Below, piece by piece: positions 1 to 9,401 of a stretch of 64,000 bases of DNA. Position 1 is the stretch's first letter. Each line of letters starts with the position of its first letter. The notes beneath the pieces were generated by a model that was not told the DNA's origin, did not search any database, and worked only from the letters and a program-made list of their open reading frames with translations. A program made the translations under genes and the position numbers. This DNA is from an uncultured bacterium. GTDB taxonomy: Bacteria > Desulfobacterota_D > UBA1144 > Nemesobacterales > UBA2774. The stretch spans positions 64,001 to 128,000 of the forward strand of contig CAWGRW010000010.1 of assembly GCA_963825135.1 (NCBI GenBank), read 5' to 3'.

Positions 1-466
1 CATGCAGGAGATATTCATCAAGATCCACGCCCACCTGCCGCACCTGCGGGAACGGGAGAAACTCTCTTCGTGGATATACCGGATCGCCGAGAACACGCTC
101 AACGATTATTACAGGCGCGGCCGGGGCCGTGAAACGGAGTACGACGAGAATAGAGCCGCCCGCGGCGGACCAGATGAAGAAAACCCGCTCGAAGGCATCG
201 AGGGCTGCATCGAGGCGTTCATCGCCAGGCTGCCGGATAAATACAGGGAGCCGCTGGTGATGAGCGATATAGAGGGTATGAGTCAGAAGGATATAGCTGA
301 AAAGATGGGGATCTCCTACTCGGGCTTGAAATCAAGGGTGCAGAGGGGACGGGAGATGATAAAGGAGATGTTCGTAGAGTGCTGCAGGTTGTCGATCGGG
401 GAGGACGGGAAGCTAACGGGCGAGGTCGGGAAGATGGACGACTGCACATTCTGCGGGAGAAATTAG
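1..466 (+). CDS. sigZ: ECF RNA polymerase sigma factor, SigZ-like (5' truncated by window edge)
   Basis: Region 2 (QEIFIKIH...SWIYRIAENTLNDYYR), region 4 (LPDKYRE...SQKDIAEKMGISYSGLKSRVQRGR) and C-terminal ECC typical of SigZ. Confidence 0.8.
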   Translation, partial: MQEIFIKIHAHLPHLREREKLSSWIYRIAENTLNDYYRRGRGRETEYDENRAARGGPDEENPLEGIEGCIEAFIARLPDKYREPLVMSDIEGMSQKDIAEKMGISYSGLKSRVQRGREMIKEMFVECCRLSIGEDGKLTGEVGKMDDCTFCGRN

Positions 467-642
467 GATACATTCCCTAGCCAGGGGCAGCCCGGTGTTG
501 CAATCTAGTTCCTCGATCAACTTCCTAGAGGGGACGATTGCGTTCAGCTGCACATCTTAATCGGTGCGGAGCTTATAATTACTACGTGATGAGCTGCGAA
601 ATCGAGCCTATCCGACAGTTGGCTTTCCTCAAATCTAAATAG

Positions 643-1060
643 ATGAAACAATAAAGTCTTCGGCATTATATTTTTCGCCGCCCTCGTTTTTTCAGCCTGC
701 GACGGAGGCAACGGGGATAACTGCGTCAGCATCGGAGACGACCCTGATTTTCTCTCAGGCTTCGAAGAATGCCCGACTGACGGGCTTCAGGAGGTCTGCA
801 ATAAATACGACTGCGTTCTATCGATCCCGATCGGCGACCCGCCCCCGCCCGAACAGCTCGTAAGGATAAATCCCCGGAGCTGCGACGCCCTGGATTGCTT
901 CACCATGGTATGCGAGACGAGGAATCCGTTCAGCGGGGAGTTCGTCGGCGACCTCACGTATTCGATCGAGGACGTCTCCTCAGGAAGCGTCTTCTCGGGC
1001 ATCACGCTCGAGGGCGACGTAGCGGGCTTCACCTACACCTGCTCGCCGAAGCTCGACTGA
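643..1060 (+). CDS. Cys-rich lipoprotein (about 138 aa), one extra A just after the start codon; missed by ORF track
   Basis: Removing one A from ATGAAAC gives MNNKVFGIIFFAALVFSA-CDGGNGDNC...YTCSPKLD*, with a lipobox FSAC and GC3-rich codons. Confidence 0.7.
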
Positions 1061-1167
1061 GCCCGGCCCCTCCCCAGCCGTGCGCCGCCGATACTAATCG
1101 CTATTTACAGTTGTATCCGCATTCCGTATGATTCATATAGAGAGAAGCGGTCAGCCGAACCACGTCA

Positions 1168-2476
1168 ATGAGCGGCAATAGGAAATGGATAAAGAGCCTC
1201 AGGCTCGACTTCAGATACGAGAGCTACAATATAGCGCTCGTATCCCAGACCCGTATCGAGATCATCCCCCCGCCATCCGATCCGGTAGATCAGGCGGATG
1301 ATTACAACGGATACTATGTAAAGCTAACCGACGGAGAGGGACGTGTTTTCTACGTCCAGCGGCTGCAGAACCCTTTCCGCACCGAAACCGAGTCGTACGG
1401 CGACGATGCGCCCGGCCCGATCACTTACGAAAGCCTCAAAGACCCGGACCTGACGTTCTCGATCCTGATTCCCGACCCCGGGGCCGTTTTTACCCTCGAA
1501 ATCATAAACAACCCGCTGCTGCCGGAGATGTTTTTTAGAATAGCGAGGCAGTCGTTCGCATTTACGGTCGACCCCGCGGAAGTAATACTGCGGCCGATGG
1601 CAGTCGCCAGGATTGTTGAGAACGGGGCAGTCCTGGGGAAGGAGAAGATCGTCGATCACGGGAAGGACAATGAATGCTGGAATATCTCGATTCTCGCGGA
1701 AGGCTACAAGGCGGAAGAAATCCCTAAATTCGTTTCCGATGCGAATAGCTTCATAAACGTATTTAAGAATTTCGCGCCGTTCAACGAATTCTGGGAGAAG
1801 ACAAACGTATATATTTTAAAAGTCGCGTCCACGGACAGCGGCGCTGACTTGCCGGCTCAATGTCAGGGGGGAAGTCCCCCGGTCGATGTGCGAACTTATT
1901 TTAACGCCAGCTTCTGCGGCGCCGCTCAACCAGAAGCGTCTCCTGGTCGTGGATCAGAGGACGGCGAAAAAGGTTTGGGATATGTGGATTCCGCAGGCGC
2001 ATATCGCGTTTGCCATGGTAAACAGCGCGATCTACGGCGGGTCAGGGGGGAATGTCCCGGTTTTTTCGACCAACTCCCTCTCCGCCCTTATCGGCATTCA
2101 CGAGCTCGGGCATAGCTTATTCAAGCTGGCGGACGAATACGAATCGCCCTATATCAACGATAACCCGGATAACTATCCGAATTTAACCAGTCAGACCGCT
2201 CCGTCGCAAATAAAATGGAAGGACTTGATAGCACCCACGACCCCCGTCCCGACGTCGAGGAACCAATGTCCGGGCGGAAACCCCGTTTCCCACCCCGTAC
2301 CTGAGGGCACAGTGGGGCTTTTCGAGGGAGGGCTTTACAAGTCCTGTAATGTGTTCAGATCCGAGAAGAACTGCCTGATGCGTGATTTCGGGAAGAAGCG
2401 GTTCTGCGCGGTGTGCACAAAAACCATCCGCAATAAGCTTTCGGAGTTATTGCAGATCGACGTGCCTATCGTTTAG
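1168..2476 (+). CDS. M64 (IgA peptidase-like) zinc metallopeptidase, frameshift near 1920
   Basis: ORF 1168 has ILAEGYK...FAPFNE; ORF 1886 continues with YGGSG, HELGHSLFKLADEY, GLFEGG and CLMR...FCAVC. Confidence 0.85.
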
Positions 2477-2624
2477 CTCCGCATCCGCACCCGCCCCGGT
2501 ACTTCCTCTCACCTCCCCCTCCCCCAGCATGTGTCATAGCTATTGTCTGTGGGCCAATCAATCTCTTGCTCTAATGGCATCCGGTGGTTAATATAGGACG
2601 AACCTACGGTTCTAGGTCAACAAA

Positions 2625-2671
2625 GCACCACATATTGACGTCTAACCCTTGACAAACACAAGATGTTGTGG
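2625..2671. promoter_or_regulatory. Tandem NrdR boxes
   Basis: GCACCACATATTGACG (2625) and ACACAAGATGTTGTGG (2656), 31 bp apart, match the acaCwAtATaTwGtgt consensus. Confidence 0.7.
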
Positions 2672-2677
2672 TTTAAT
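2649..2677 (+). promoter_or_regulatory. Sigma70 promoter
   Basis: TTGACA-17 bp-TTTAAT; the second NrdR box fills the spacer. Confidence 0.7.
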
Positions 2678-2862
2678 CGGTAATATGTGATGGGTAAGCC
2701 TATGCGAACCTAAAACTGAAAGAGGGCGTGTTGTCGCACGCCCCCGTTTTGTCCTCACTCCATCTGTTGAGATGGGAAAGGAGTTAGTAGTTTGCGCTCA
2801 TTATAATCTCCATGTTCCCAAATTTCAACAAAACCAAATGGAATTGAGGAAGGAGGCCCATT

Positions 2863-3039
2863 ATGGGCAAAACACTAAAGCCGGGAGAAAAAGCCCCGGC
2901 CTCAGGCCAGTACCGAAACACACGTACTGGCAACGAAGTTACAGTTGTGAGGGGTGAACCTTTACCGCCAACTCCTAGATCCGGTCAAGGTTATACACTT
3001 GTAGACTTGACCAAGCACAAGCCTAGCGGAAGACGGTGA
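2863..3039 (+). CDS. YjzC family small protein (58 aa; below ORF-track cutoff)
   Basis: SD AAGGAGG, then MGKTLKPGEKAPASGQY...VRGEPLPPTP...GYTLVDLTKHK; KPGEKAP-SG-Y and GEPLPPT are the YjzC signature. Confidence 0.85.
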   Translation: MGKTLKPGEKAPASGQYRNTRTGNEVTVVRGEPLPPTPRSGQGYTLVDLTKHKPSGRR

Positions 3040-3046
3040 GGTGTTA

Positions 3047-3085
3047 AAGGGGAGGAAGGGGAAATATAATGCTTATCCTCCCCTT
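3047..3085 (+). terminator. Stem-loop after yjzC-like gene
   Basis: AAGGGGAGGA...TCCTCCCCTT 10-bp inverted repeat. Confidence 0.5.
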
Positions 3086-3160
3086 GAATTCTAATTTATC
3101 ATGTGCAAGAATTACTTAATTATTATAGTTATCTCAGAAACAATGTAGGAGGTTCAGAAA

Positions 3161-3970
3161 ATACAAGCCCCGATTACTAAGTACATCTTCAACTCTATTT
3201 ACATCTGCTTAATATTCTACGGTATTTTATTTGCTATTCCTTGTTACTCAGAATCTGAGTTCACGACGGAAACTTCCTTCTGCTCAATAAATATTTCTTA
3301 CGGTAAATTTTCAGACATTTTAGATGAATTAAGGAGTTTTACAAAAAATGCAAACAAAAATTTCAAGCAATGGAAAGTTACCGAGTATTTAGTGTTAGGA
3401 GATAAAAATGTACGAATTAAAATAGAGAATGAGTTTAATGAATCTGCATTCAACCAAGGTCCGAAAATTGCTAATGACCTTTATTACAAGTATGAAAATT
3501 TTGATGCGCCTATCTCGACCATAGAACTTAGATTAAGTGATTACGTTAGAACCTTAACAATAACGGGTTATGATAAAACACAGGTAAATGCACTTGCATC
3601 ATTAATAAAGGATGAATTCAATCTTGTAGGATGCTCTATCGGTGGTCTTAATCACCGAGCTATTATTTATATTGTACTGGGAGTATCAGCATTGATTGTA
3701 TATTTCTTTACTGTAAAATATTTCGTGACAACTGAAAGAATTGCTTTGTTGCTATATTTCATGTTTGTTCTTTTTTATTTCATTCTTATATATACCTTAC
3801 CTTGGGATTTATGGTTTTCTGGTGCAACAATCCGATCTAGTCCTCTTTCTTTTTTAGATCGCCATGCAGGGTTATTATCGTTACTCGGTATTCTGGTATC
3901 AATTTTATTACCCATATCAGCACATTTTGTAAAAAAAACAATTACGAGAAAATCTTCAGGAAACCTTTAA
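3161..3970 (+). CDS. Low-GC membrane protein (N-terminal hydrophobic segment, three C-terminal TM helices)
   Basis: Frame of ORF 3392 is open back to 3149; AGGAGG sits 8 nt before ATA at 3161; very AT-rich relative to neighbours. Confidence 0.6.
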   Translation: MQAPITKYIFNSIYICLIFYGILFAIPCYSESEFTTETSFCSINISYGKFSDILDELRSFTKNANKNFKQWKVTEYLVLGDKNVRIKIENEFNESAFNQGPKIANDLYYKYENFDAPISTIELRLSDYVRTLTITGYDKTQVNALASLIKDEFNLVGCSIGGLNHRAIIYIVLGVSALIVYFFTVKYFVTTERIALLLYFMFVLFYFILIYTLPWDLWFSGATIRSSPLSFLDRHAGLLSLLGILVSILLPISAHFVKKTITRKSSGNL

Positions 3971-4002
3971 GAACCGATTGTTCTAGATCATCATGCAATA
4001 AA

Positions 4003-4203
4003 CTACTTACCCCTCCCCCAGCATGCGTCGCATATTCCCGCCGTGGGAGAGGTCATCACGAGCCTCCGGCACGGTATCCTGCACGAGGCGCACGGCTGCT
4101 CCCCGTACCTCTCGTCGAAGTGTATCCACATGAGATAGGGCTTCCCCGAGTGGAAGCTCAGTATCAGCTCGTTAAGGCTTGGTACCGGCGACATTACTTC
4201 CAT
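4003..4203 (-). CDS. Small Cys-rich (CxxC...CxxC) phage-like protein
   Basis: Last of four overlapping minus-strand ORFs; SD GGAGGG. Confidence 0.55.
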   Translation of the reverse strand: MEVMSPVPSLNELILSFHSGKPYLMWIHFDERYGEQPCASCRIPCRRLVMTSPTAGICDACWGRGK

Positions 4204-4576
4204 TGCTCCCCTCCTTCTCGGGCTTCTTCCTGTAATACTCCTCCATCTTCTCCATGTGCTTGAGTATCTCGGTCTGTATCTCTATCTGGAGGTAAATCTT
4301 CTCCCCGAGCTCCCGGATGGATTCCTCGAGAGAGCGCCTCACGTACCAGAGCGGTATCCCGTCGGCGTCCGTCTTGTTGTGCCATTCGTGAAGGTCGTCC
4401 ACCTTGTCCTTTATCGCGGACACCGCCCCCCTTACGTCGTTAACGTGCTCGTTCATGATGAGGCTCTGCCCTCCCCCGCCGTTCTTCTTCTTTTCGAGGA
4501 ACCCGAGCACCTCGCGTATGACCATGATAGCGGCGATGAACCCCACGCCCAGCTCTAGAAGCTTTGCATCCATCAT
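4172..4576 (-). CDS. Phage-like membrane-anchored coiled-coil protein (holin-like architecture)
   Basis: One N-terminal TM helix, charged helical C-terminus, ATGA overlap with upstream ORF. Confidence 0.6.
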   Translation of the reverse strand: MMDAKLLELGVGFIAAIMVIREVLGFLEKKKNGGGGQSLIMNEHVNDVRGAVSAIKDKVDDLHEWHNKTDADGIPLWYVRRSLEESIRELGEKIYLQIEIQTEILKHMEKMEEYYRKKPEKEGSNGSNVAGTKP

Positions 4577-5070
4577 TCGGCGCCGTCTCCGTCCGATGCG
4601 GCATCCCCCTCCCCATCCAGCATCAGGCTCCCGCCGCAGGTGAGGAACATTCCGGATTTATGATTCTCATCGAGCTCTCCGGTGTGCATGTAAAGCCAGT
4701 GGTGGACGCACTCGTGCGCGATGACGTCTATCCCCTCGCCCTCGGGCACAATTATCCATCCGCTCCTCCCGGCCCCCGTATCGGGACCGGCCTCGTAGCA
4801 TCCCTTCCTGAGAGTCCCTCCGCACTCGACCGCGTTCCCGCCCCTCATGCCGCGTATCTTCGGCAGCGCGTAATTGTATTCACTCAGTCCCATGCACGCC
4901 TTCGCCAGCATGCATGTTTCGAGGACCTTTTGCGCCGACGGGTACGTGACCGAATCGTTCCCGAGAAGCTCCCCTTCGTAAACGACCTCCGTCGCGGGCG
5001 TCATGCCCTTCCACGCGCACGATGACATAAGCATCAGCAGCGCAACCGTGATATTTCTAATTCCCTTCAT
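4573..5070 (-). CDS. Cys-rich lipoprotein with HExxH zinc-metalloprotease motif
   Basis: Lipobox-like MSSC; IAHECVHHW. Confidence 0.65.
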   Translation of the reverse strand: MKGIRNITVALLMLMSSCAWKGMTPATEVVYEGELLGNDSVTYPSAQKVLETCMLAKACMGLSEYNYALPKIRGMRGGNAVECGGTLRKGCYEAGPDTGAGRSGWIIVPEGEGIDVIAHECVHHWLYMHTGELDENHKSGMFLTCGGSLMLDGEGDAASDGDGAE

Positions 5071-5383
5071 TCCGCGCCTCCTTCCTCACCGGTATCGGGG
5101 TGAAGTCGAGCTTGTCGCTCGTGCCGAAAATCCCCGCGTAGTTGAATGTAGATACGATCGTGTCTATGAACATCGATACGAGGTTCAGGAACTGGAGCTG
5201 TCCCTCCGGGTTCCTGCCGACGAAGTAGTCCTTCGTGTCGAGAATGTTGCCGATGATGTTCATCACCCTCGACTTCCTTATCTCGCCGCGCTTCAACCCC
5301 GTGACGACCTTCTCGACGTCTATGACCGTCTGAATAATTATCGGGATCAGGTCGGGCGTAATCTTCAGCAATTCCTTCCACAT
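5057..5383 (-). CDS. Phage-like hypothetical protein (holin-like)
   Basis: SD GGAGG; amphipathic 108-aa protein at the head of the overlapping four-gene operon. Confidence 0.55.
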   Translation of the reverse strand: MWKELLKITPDLIPIIIQTVIDVEKVVTGLKRGEIRKSRVMNIIGNILDTKDYFVGRNPEGQLQFLNLVSMFIDTIVSTFNYAGIFGTSDKLDFTPIPVRKEARNEGN

Positions 5384-5419
5384 AACTTCCTCCTTCCTCT
5401 AAAATATTTTGTCGTTTTT

Positions 5420-5760
5420 TCTTCCCCTCCTCCTCATTAGAAGGGGGAACAGTTGCAAGCGTAGTGAAACGAAGCGCGGCAATCTCGTCTTTTCTTGCCC
5501 GACATTACAGAATTTGCGTTAAGAAAATCGATTGTACGAGCGTTAAGAATCTTCCGCGGGGTGGGGTGGAATTGGAAGATTTAGCGAGTACATGAGATTT
5601 TTAGCAAATTCTGTAGTCGGAATGATTTTTGCTTCTTTTCATCAAGGAAAAGAAGGATAAATAAAATAGCCTTTCACCTTTCTAGTCTTTTCTTTTCGAA
5701 TGATCACGCTATGTATCTTCATCCAGGAAAAGAAGAAAATGAAAATTGCATTTCTCCTTT
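5420..5760 (+). repeat. Mosaic palindromic repeat array
   Basis: Core hairpin CCGACATTACAGAATTTGC...GCAAATTCTGTAGTCGG at 5499-5620 plus CTTCTTTTCATCAAGGAAAAGAAG tail. Confidence 0.9.
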
Positions 5761-5846
5761 ATTTGTATTTGATAATGCAACCTACGCCGCCATCCCCTCC
5801 CCCTTCTCCTTGATTTTTCCCCATCATTTAATACAATTTGTCCCTC

Positions 5847-6173
5847 ATGAACAAACTGATTCTCGCCCTCTTCTTAATAATGCCCTTCGCGGTCCCCGCA
5901 TTCTCCGAGCCCGCTCCCTACCAGAACGTCTGCGAGGTGAAGGAAATCATCCAATGCAGCTACGTAGGCAAGAAAGCCTATTTGAAATCAGACGAGAACA
6001 AATCCGTCCTGGGAAAGATCATCGCCGTCGTATGGAAGGAAAAAGGCGACCCCGTCGAGGTCAACCCGACCCTCACCTCGACCCAGAGCGGATATTACTA
6101 CGTAATCGCCCCGACCTCTCAGAAGTCCGACCGGATCATCGTCAGCATCAACCGCATCGCCGTCCTCCAGTAA
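5847..6173 (+). CDS. Secreted hypothetical protein
   Basis: Signal peptide MNKLILALFLIMPFAVPAFS. Confidence 0.7.
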   Translation: MNKLILALFLIMPFAVPAFSEPAPYQNVCEVKEIIQCSYVGKKAYLKSDENKSVLGKIIAVVWKEKGDPVEVNPTLTSTQSGYYYVIAPTSQKSDRIIVSINRIAVLQ

Positions 6174-6185
6174 CCACCGCCAATA

Positions 6186-6720
6186 TGTCATTCCCGAATG
6201 CCTTAATCGGGAATCCAGTCTTTAATCTTGTCATTGCGAGCGGAGCTTATGAAGTAAGCGATGCGCGGCAATCTAGTCTTTAGTCTTTTCCTCTCCCGAC
6301 ATTACAGAATTTGCGGTACACAGTGTGTGCGAGTATACGATCCATCTCTACCTCCGCTGCTTAATACCGGAAACGTAGCCCAGCCGTTCGCCCTGAGCGT
6401 GTCGAAGGTCAGAATTAGCGCCCTTCCCCTGAGGGGGGAAGGTACGGATGGGGGTGTTACCTTCAGTTAAATCATTCGAATCACCTTTGTCCTTCCGACA
6501 TTACGACGTTGCGTTAGAAAATCGAGACGAGCGTTAAGAATCTTCCGCCGGGTGGGGCGGAATCGGAAGATTTAGCGAGTACATGAGATTTTTAGCACAA
6601 TTATGTAGTCGGATGATTTTTGCTTCTTTGTCATCAAGGACAAAGAAGATATCAATATTCGTCTTTGCTTTTTCTTTGTCTTTTGAAAGAGTGGACACTC
6701 AAAGCGAGCCCCGGCAATCC
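6186..6720 (+). repeat. Mosaic palindromic repeat array
   Basis: GTCATTCCCG, GTCATTGCG, CCGTTC..GTCGAAG and CCCTTCCCC modules plus a core copy at about 6495-6612. Confidence 0.9.
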
Positions 6721-6740
6721 CATCTGTTATCCTTATACAT

Positions 6741-7310
6741 ATGAAGAAACTCTGCACCGGCTGCCTCTACATCGGCTACGAGGACCGCACCTCACACGGC
6801 AGCGTCAAGACCGAATCCGCCCTCTGGACGGTCGCCTTCGTCCTCGCCTTCGCCGGGGTCTTCGAGAAAGACCTCTGGCTCCCGGCGACTATCGTATTCG
6901 CCGTCGCCTTCTTCTACACGCTCACTCTATTCAGAATAAAGATATGCGTCTGCCCCCGCTGCGGCCGCGACGCCATGATCCCGCTCAATACTCCCAAAGC
7001 GGACGAGATCATCGGGGAAAATCATCTCCCGCTCCCCCGCGAATTCGCCGACCCCGCGCGCACCTTCTGGGGCTTCACGCTGCGCGACGTGCTCCTCATT
7101 CTCACATCCATCCTCGTCGCCATAATCCTCTACAAAGAATTCGCTAATCATTCTTTCCTGACTTTCCCCTGTCCCTTCGAGGCGAACGGGTCCAGAGCAG
7201 AAGTCTGTCATTTCGAATCGTTGCTCGAGGTTACAAAGAAATTTTGCAGTCCAATTAGATTTCAGCCTCAACACGATTTTAGCAAATCTGTGAGGAGGAT
7301 ACGGGTGTGA
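6741..7310 (+). CDS. Membrane protein with split CxxC...CxxC zinc site; true 3' end may lie near 7150
   Basis: CTGC, two TM helices, CPRC, third TM; the tail runs into degenerate repeat DNA. Confidence 0.65.
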   Translation: MKKLCTGCLYIGYEDRTSHGSVKTESALWTVAFVLAFAGVFEKDLWLPATIVFAVAFFYTLTLFRIKICVCPRCGRDAMIPLNTPKADEIIGENHLPLPREFADPARTFWGFTLRDVLLILTSILVAIILYKEFANHSFLTFPCPFEANGSRAEVCHFESLLEVTKKFCSPIRFQPQHDFSKSVRRIRV

Positions 7311-7420
7311 GTTTTGCTCTTATCATCAACTGATCAATCTACTTTCTTTCGATGATTTTTAAAGACACAACTGCGTGTGTTCATCAAGGAAAAGAAGGAT
7401 AAATAAATAGCCTTTTCCTT
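7205..7420 (+). repeat. Degenerate mosaic repeat array
   Basis: Decayed core right half and TTCATCAAGGAAAAGAAGG. Confidence 0.6.
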
Positions 7421-7491
7421 ATATTTCCTTATAACCAGAAGCAGCGCAACGATCCCGCCTTCCTTCCTCTTCAAACATCCATAATTTTCTC

Positions 7492-7521
7492 TTGACTCCC
7501 GTCCCCCGCATGATTTATAAT
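7492..7521 (+). promoter_or_regulatory. Sigma70 promoter
   Basis: TTGACT-18 bp-TATAAT, followed by GGAGGT SD and ATG at 7541. Confidence 0.6.
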
Positions 7522-7676
7522 ATAGTTATTGGAGGTAATCATGGGAAGTGAAAGTGACACTCCACCGGACTACATGGTGAGTAACCTGTGAAGTCCAATA
7601 GCGGTGAGTCGATAAATAACCTCACCACAAAAAATAGCTAATAAAGCTATTGCAGAAAATAAGCATACAAACCAAA

Positions 7677-7705
7677 GGGAGCCCGCTCGGCTCCCTTTTT
7701 TATTT
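7677..7705 (+). terminator. Intrinsic terminator
   Basis: GGGAGCC-cgctc-GGCTCCC followed by TTTTTT. Confidence 0.8.
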
Positions 7706-7944
7706 GTACCCATAATCATTCTGTCATTCCCGACACCGATCGGGAATCTCGCCTTTTCTTTTATTTCCCTCATTAGAAAAAGAAGGCTATGGTGGGTTTT
7801 ATCAACCCGTTCGTCCTGAGCTTGTCGAAGGTTCGAAGGGTACAGCCCGCTCAGGATTACGGAAGTAATCCTAAAACTGCGAACTTTACTACTCAATAAC
7901 CGCTTGGTATCATTAGATATATTGCCAGAAGGAGAAAAAAGGGC

Positions 7945-7979
7945 AAAAAAAAACGGAGAAGATGTTCTCAGTCTCCGTT
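7945..7979 (-). terminator. Intrinsic terminator
   Basis: Minus strand ACGGAGA...TCTCCGT followed by a long T run. Confidence 0.65.
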
Positions 7980-8059
7980 CCTTTGTGCTTACGCTTTAGG
8001 GCGTTGTTCGCCCGCTTATGTATAAACTATACAAATTCTCGGGCCCTGTCAATCACCTT

Positions 8060-9068
8060 TGGTAATGTGCAAGCACATATGGCGGTATTCCCTACAATGG
8101 GGGATATGAGCATATGTATGGCAAAAACGATTAAAGAAGAGCGATTAAGGTGGGTGCTGCCCATTGTTCAAAAAGAGATAAAATTGGTCGAAGCAGCAAG
8201 AGTTTGTCCGTACAGCACACGAAGCCTGGAGCGGTGGGTGGCTGAATACCGGCGGGGTGGAGAAACCGCCTGGAGCCAAAATCAACCGCGCGCAAGACAC
8301 AAGAGAAAGAAACACCAATTCGCATTAAGGAACATATCGTAGAACTGAGGAAACGGACCAAGAAATGCGCCTTGAAGTTGCATTGGCACATGAAGAAGGA
8401 GGGACTGGTTATTCCGCCAAGGACTATTGGTGAAATTTTGAAACGAGAGGGGTTGGTACGAAGATACAGAGTCAAGAGAATTAAATACAAATACATCAAG
8501 GCAGAGAGAAAACCGGGTGAGCTCATCGAGATCGACGTCAAATATGTGCCAGGACCCGTTGAAAACAGGCAGTATTTCCAATACACAGCAATAGATACGG
8601 CTTCCCGGTGGAGATATTTGGCCGTCTATGATGAACAAAACACCTACCACTCCATTTTGTTTCTAGAAGAAGTGGTGAAGCGGTTTCCTCACCCAATTGC
8701 AGCAGTCAAAACTGACAATCATTCAACATTTACTAACTATTACGTCGGCACGAATAAACGGAGCGATCTGACGGTAAAAACGTTACATGCCTTCGATCTT
8801 TTCTGCGCTTCACGCGGAATTATTCATTATCTCATCGATCCCGGTAAGCCGGCGCAGAACGGCACTGTTGAGCGGAGTCATCGGGAAGATGAAGAGAAGT
8901 TTTATCAAGAAAACACGTTCAAGAACTTTGATGATTTGCAAAAGAAGCTGAGACAGTGGAATATGTATTACAATAACCTTGAACACTGTGGATTGAGCGG
9001 TATGACGCCCAACGAATTTCTTGCAGATTACCAACTAACGAATCCGCCATATGTGCCTGCCTAAAACA
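8060..9068 (+). mobile_element. IS481-family insertion sequence (about 1.0 kb)
   Basis: Terminal IRs share GCA(A/G)GCACATATGGCGG, right end ...AAAACA; lower GC than host; encloses an HTH+rve transposase. Confidence 0.85.
8106..9064 (+). CDS. IS481 DDE transposase, one base missing near 8270
   Basis: HTH in ORF 7962; PGELIEIDVK, TAIDTASR, KTDN and PAQNGTVERSHR in ORF 8372; adding one C joins them (GETALEPKS). Confidence 0.9.
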
Positions 9069-9073
9069 CTTTT

Positions 9074-9367
9074 TTATAGTTCTCTTTTTATAGCTCTCTT
9101 AAAAAGTTTCATAGCCCCCATCGTGGTCATTCCCATCAGCTCGCCCATCTCGCCATACGAGCGCTCCACCCCGTCTTCAAACCCGTATCGAAGTTTTATG
9201 GCCGTCCTCTCCTTCGGAGTAAGCGCGGAGAATATTTCCTCCACCCGTGAGTGGCTCACCCTTTCCCTCACCTCCGCCGGCATCAGGTGGATAATATTTA
9301 TAATTCTGTCGTTACTATTCTGCCCCATATTTTGGTCAGGATTAGGACGTTTCATGATGCTTAGCAT
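9074..9367 (-). CDS. Stand-alone sigma-70 region 4 HTH protein
   Basis: LTPKERTAIKLRYGFEDGVERSYGEMGELMG. Confidence 0.75.
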   Translation of the reverse strand: MLSIMKRPNPDQNMGQNSNDRIINIIHLMPAEVRERVSHSRVEEIFSALTPKERTAIKLRYGFEDGVERSYGEMGELMGMTTMGAMKLFKRAIKREL

Positions 9368-9401
9368 TTATTATGATTTATCTGATTCAACCCCCTCCCC
9401 C

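Noticed and set aside
2772..2957. 61-aa ORF in the track
   Set aside because: It overlaps the YjzC-family gene in another frame; the latter has the SD and the family motif.
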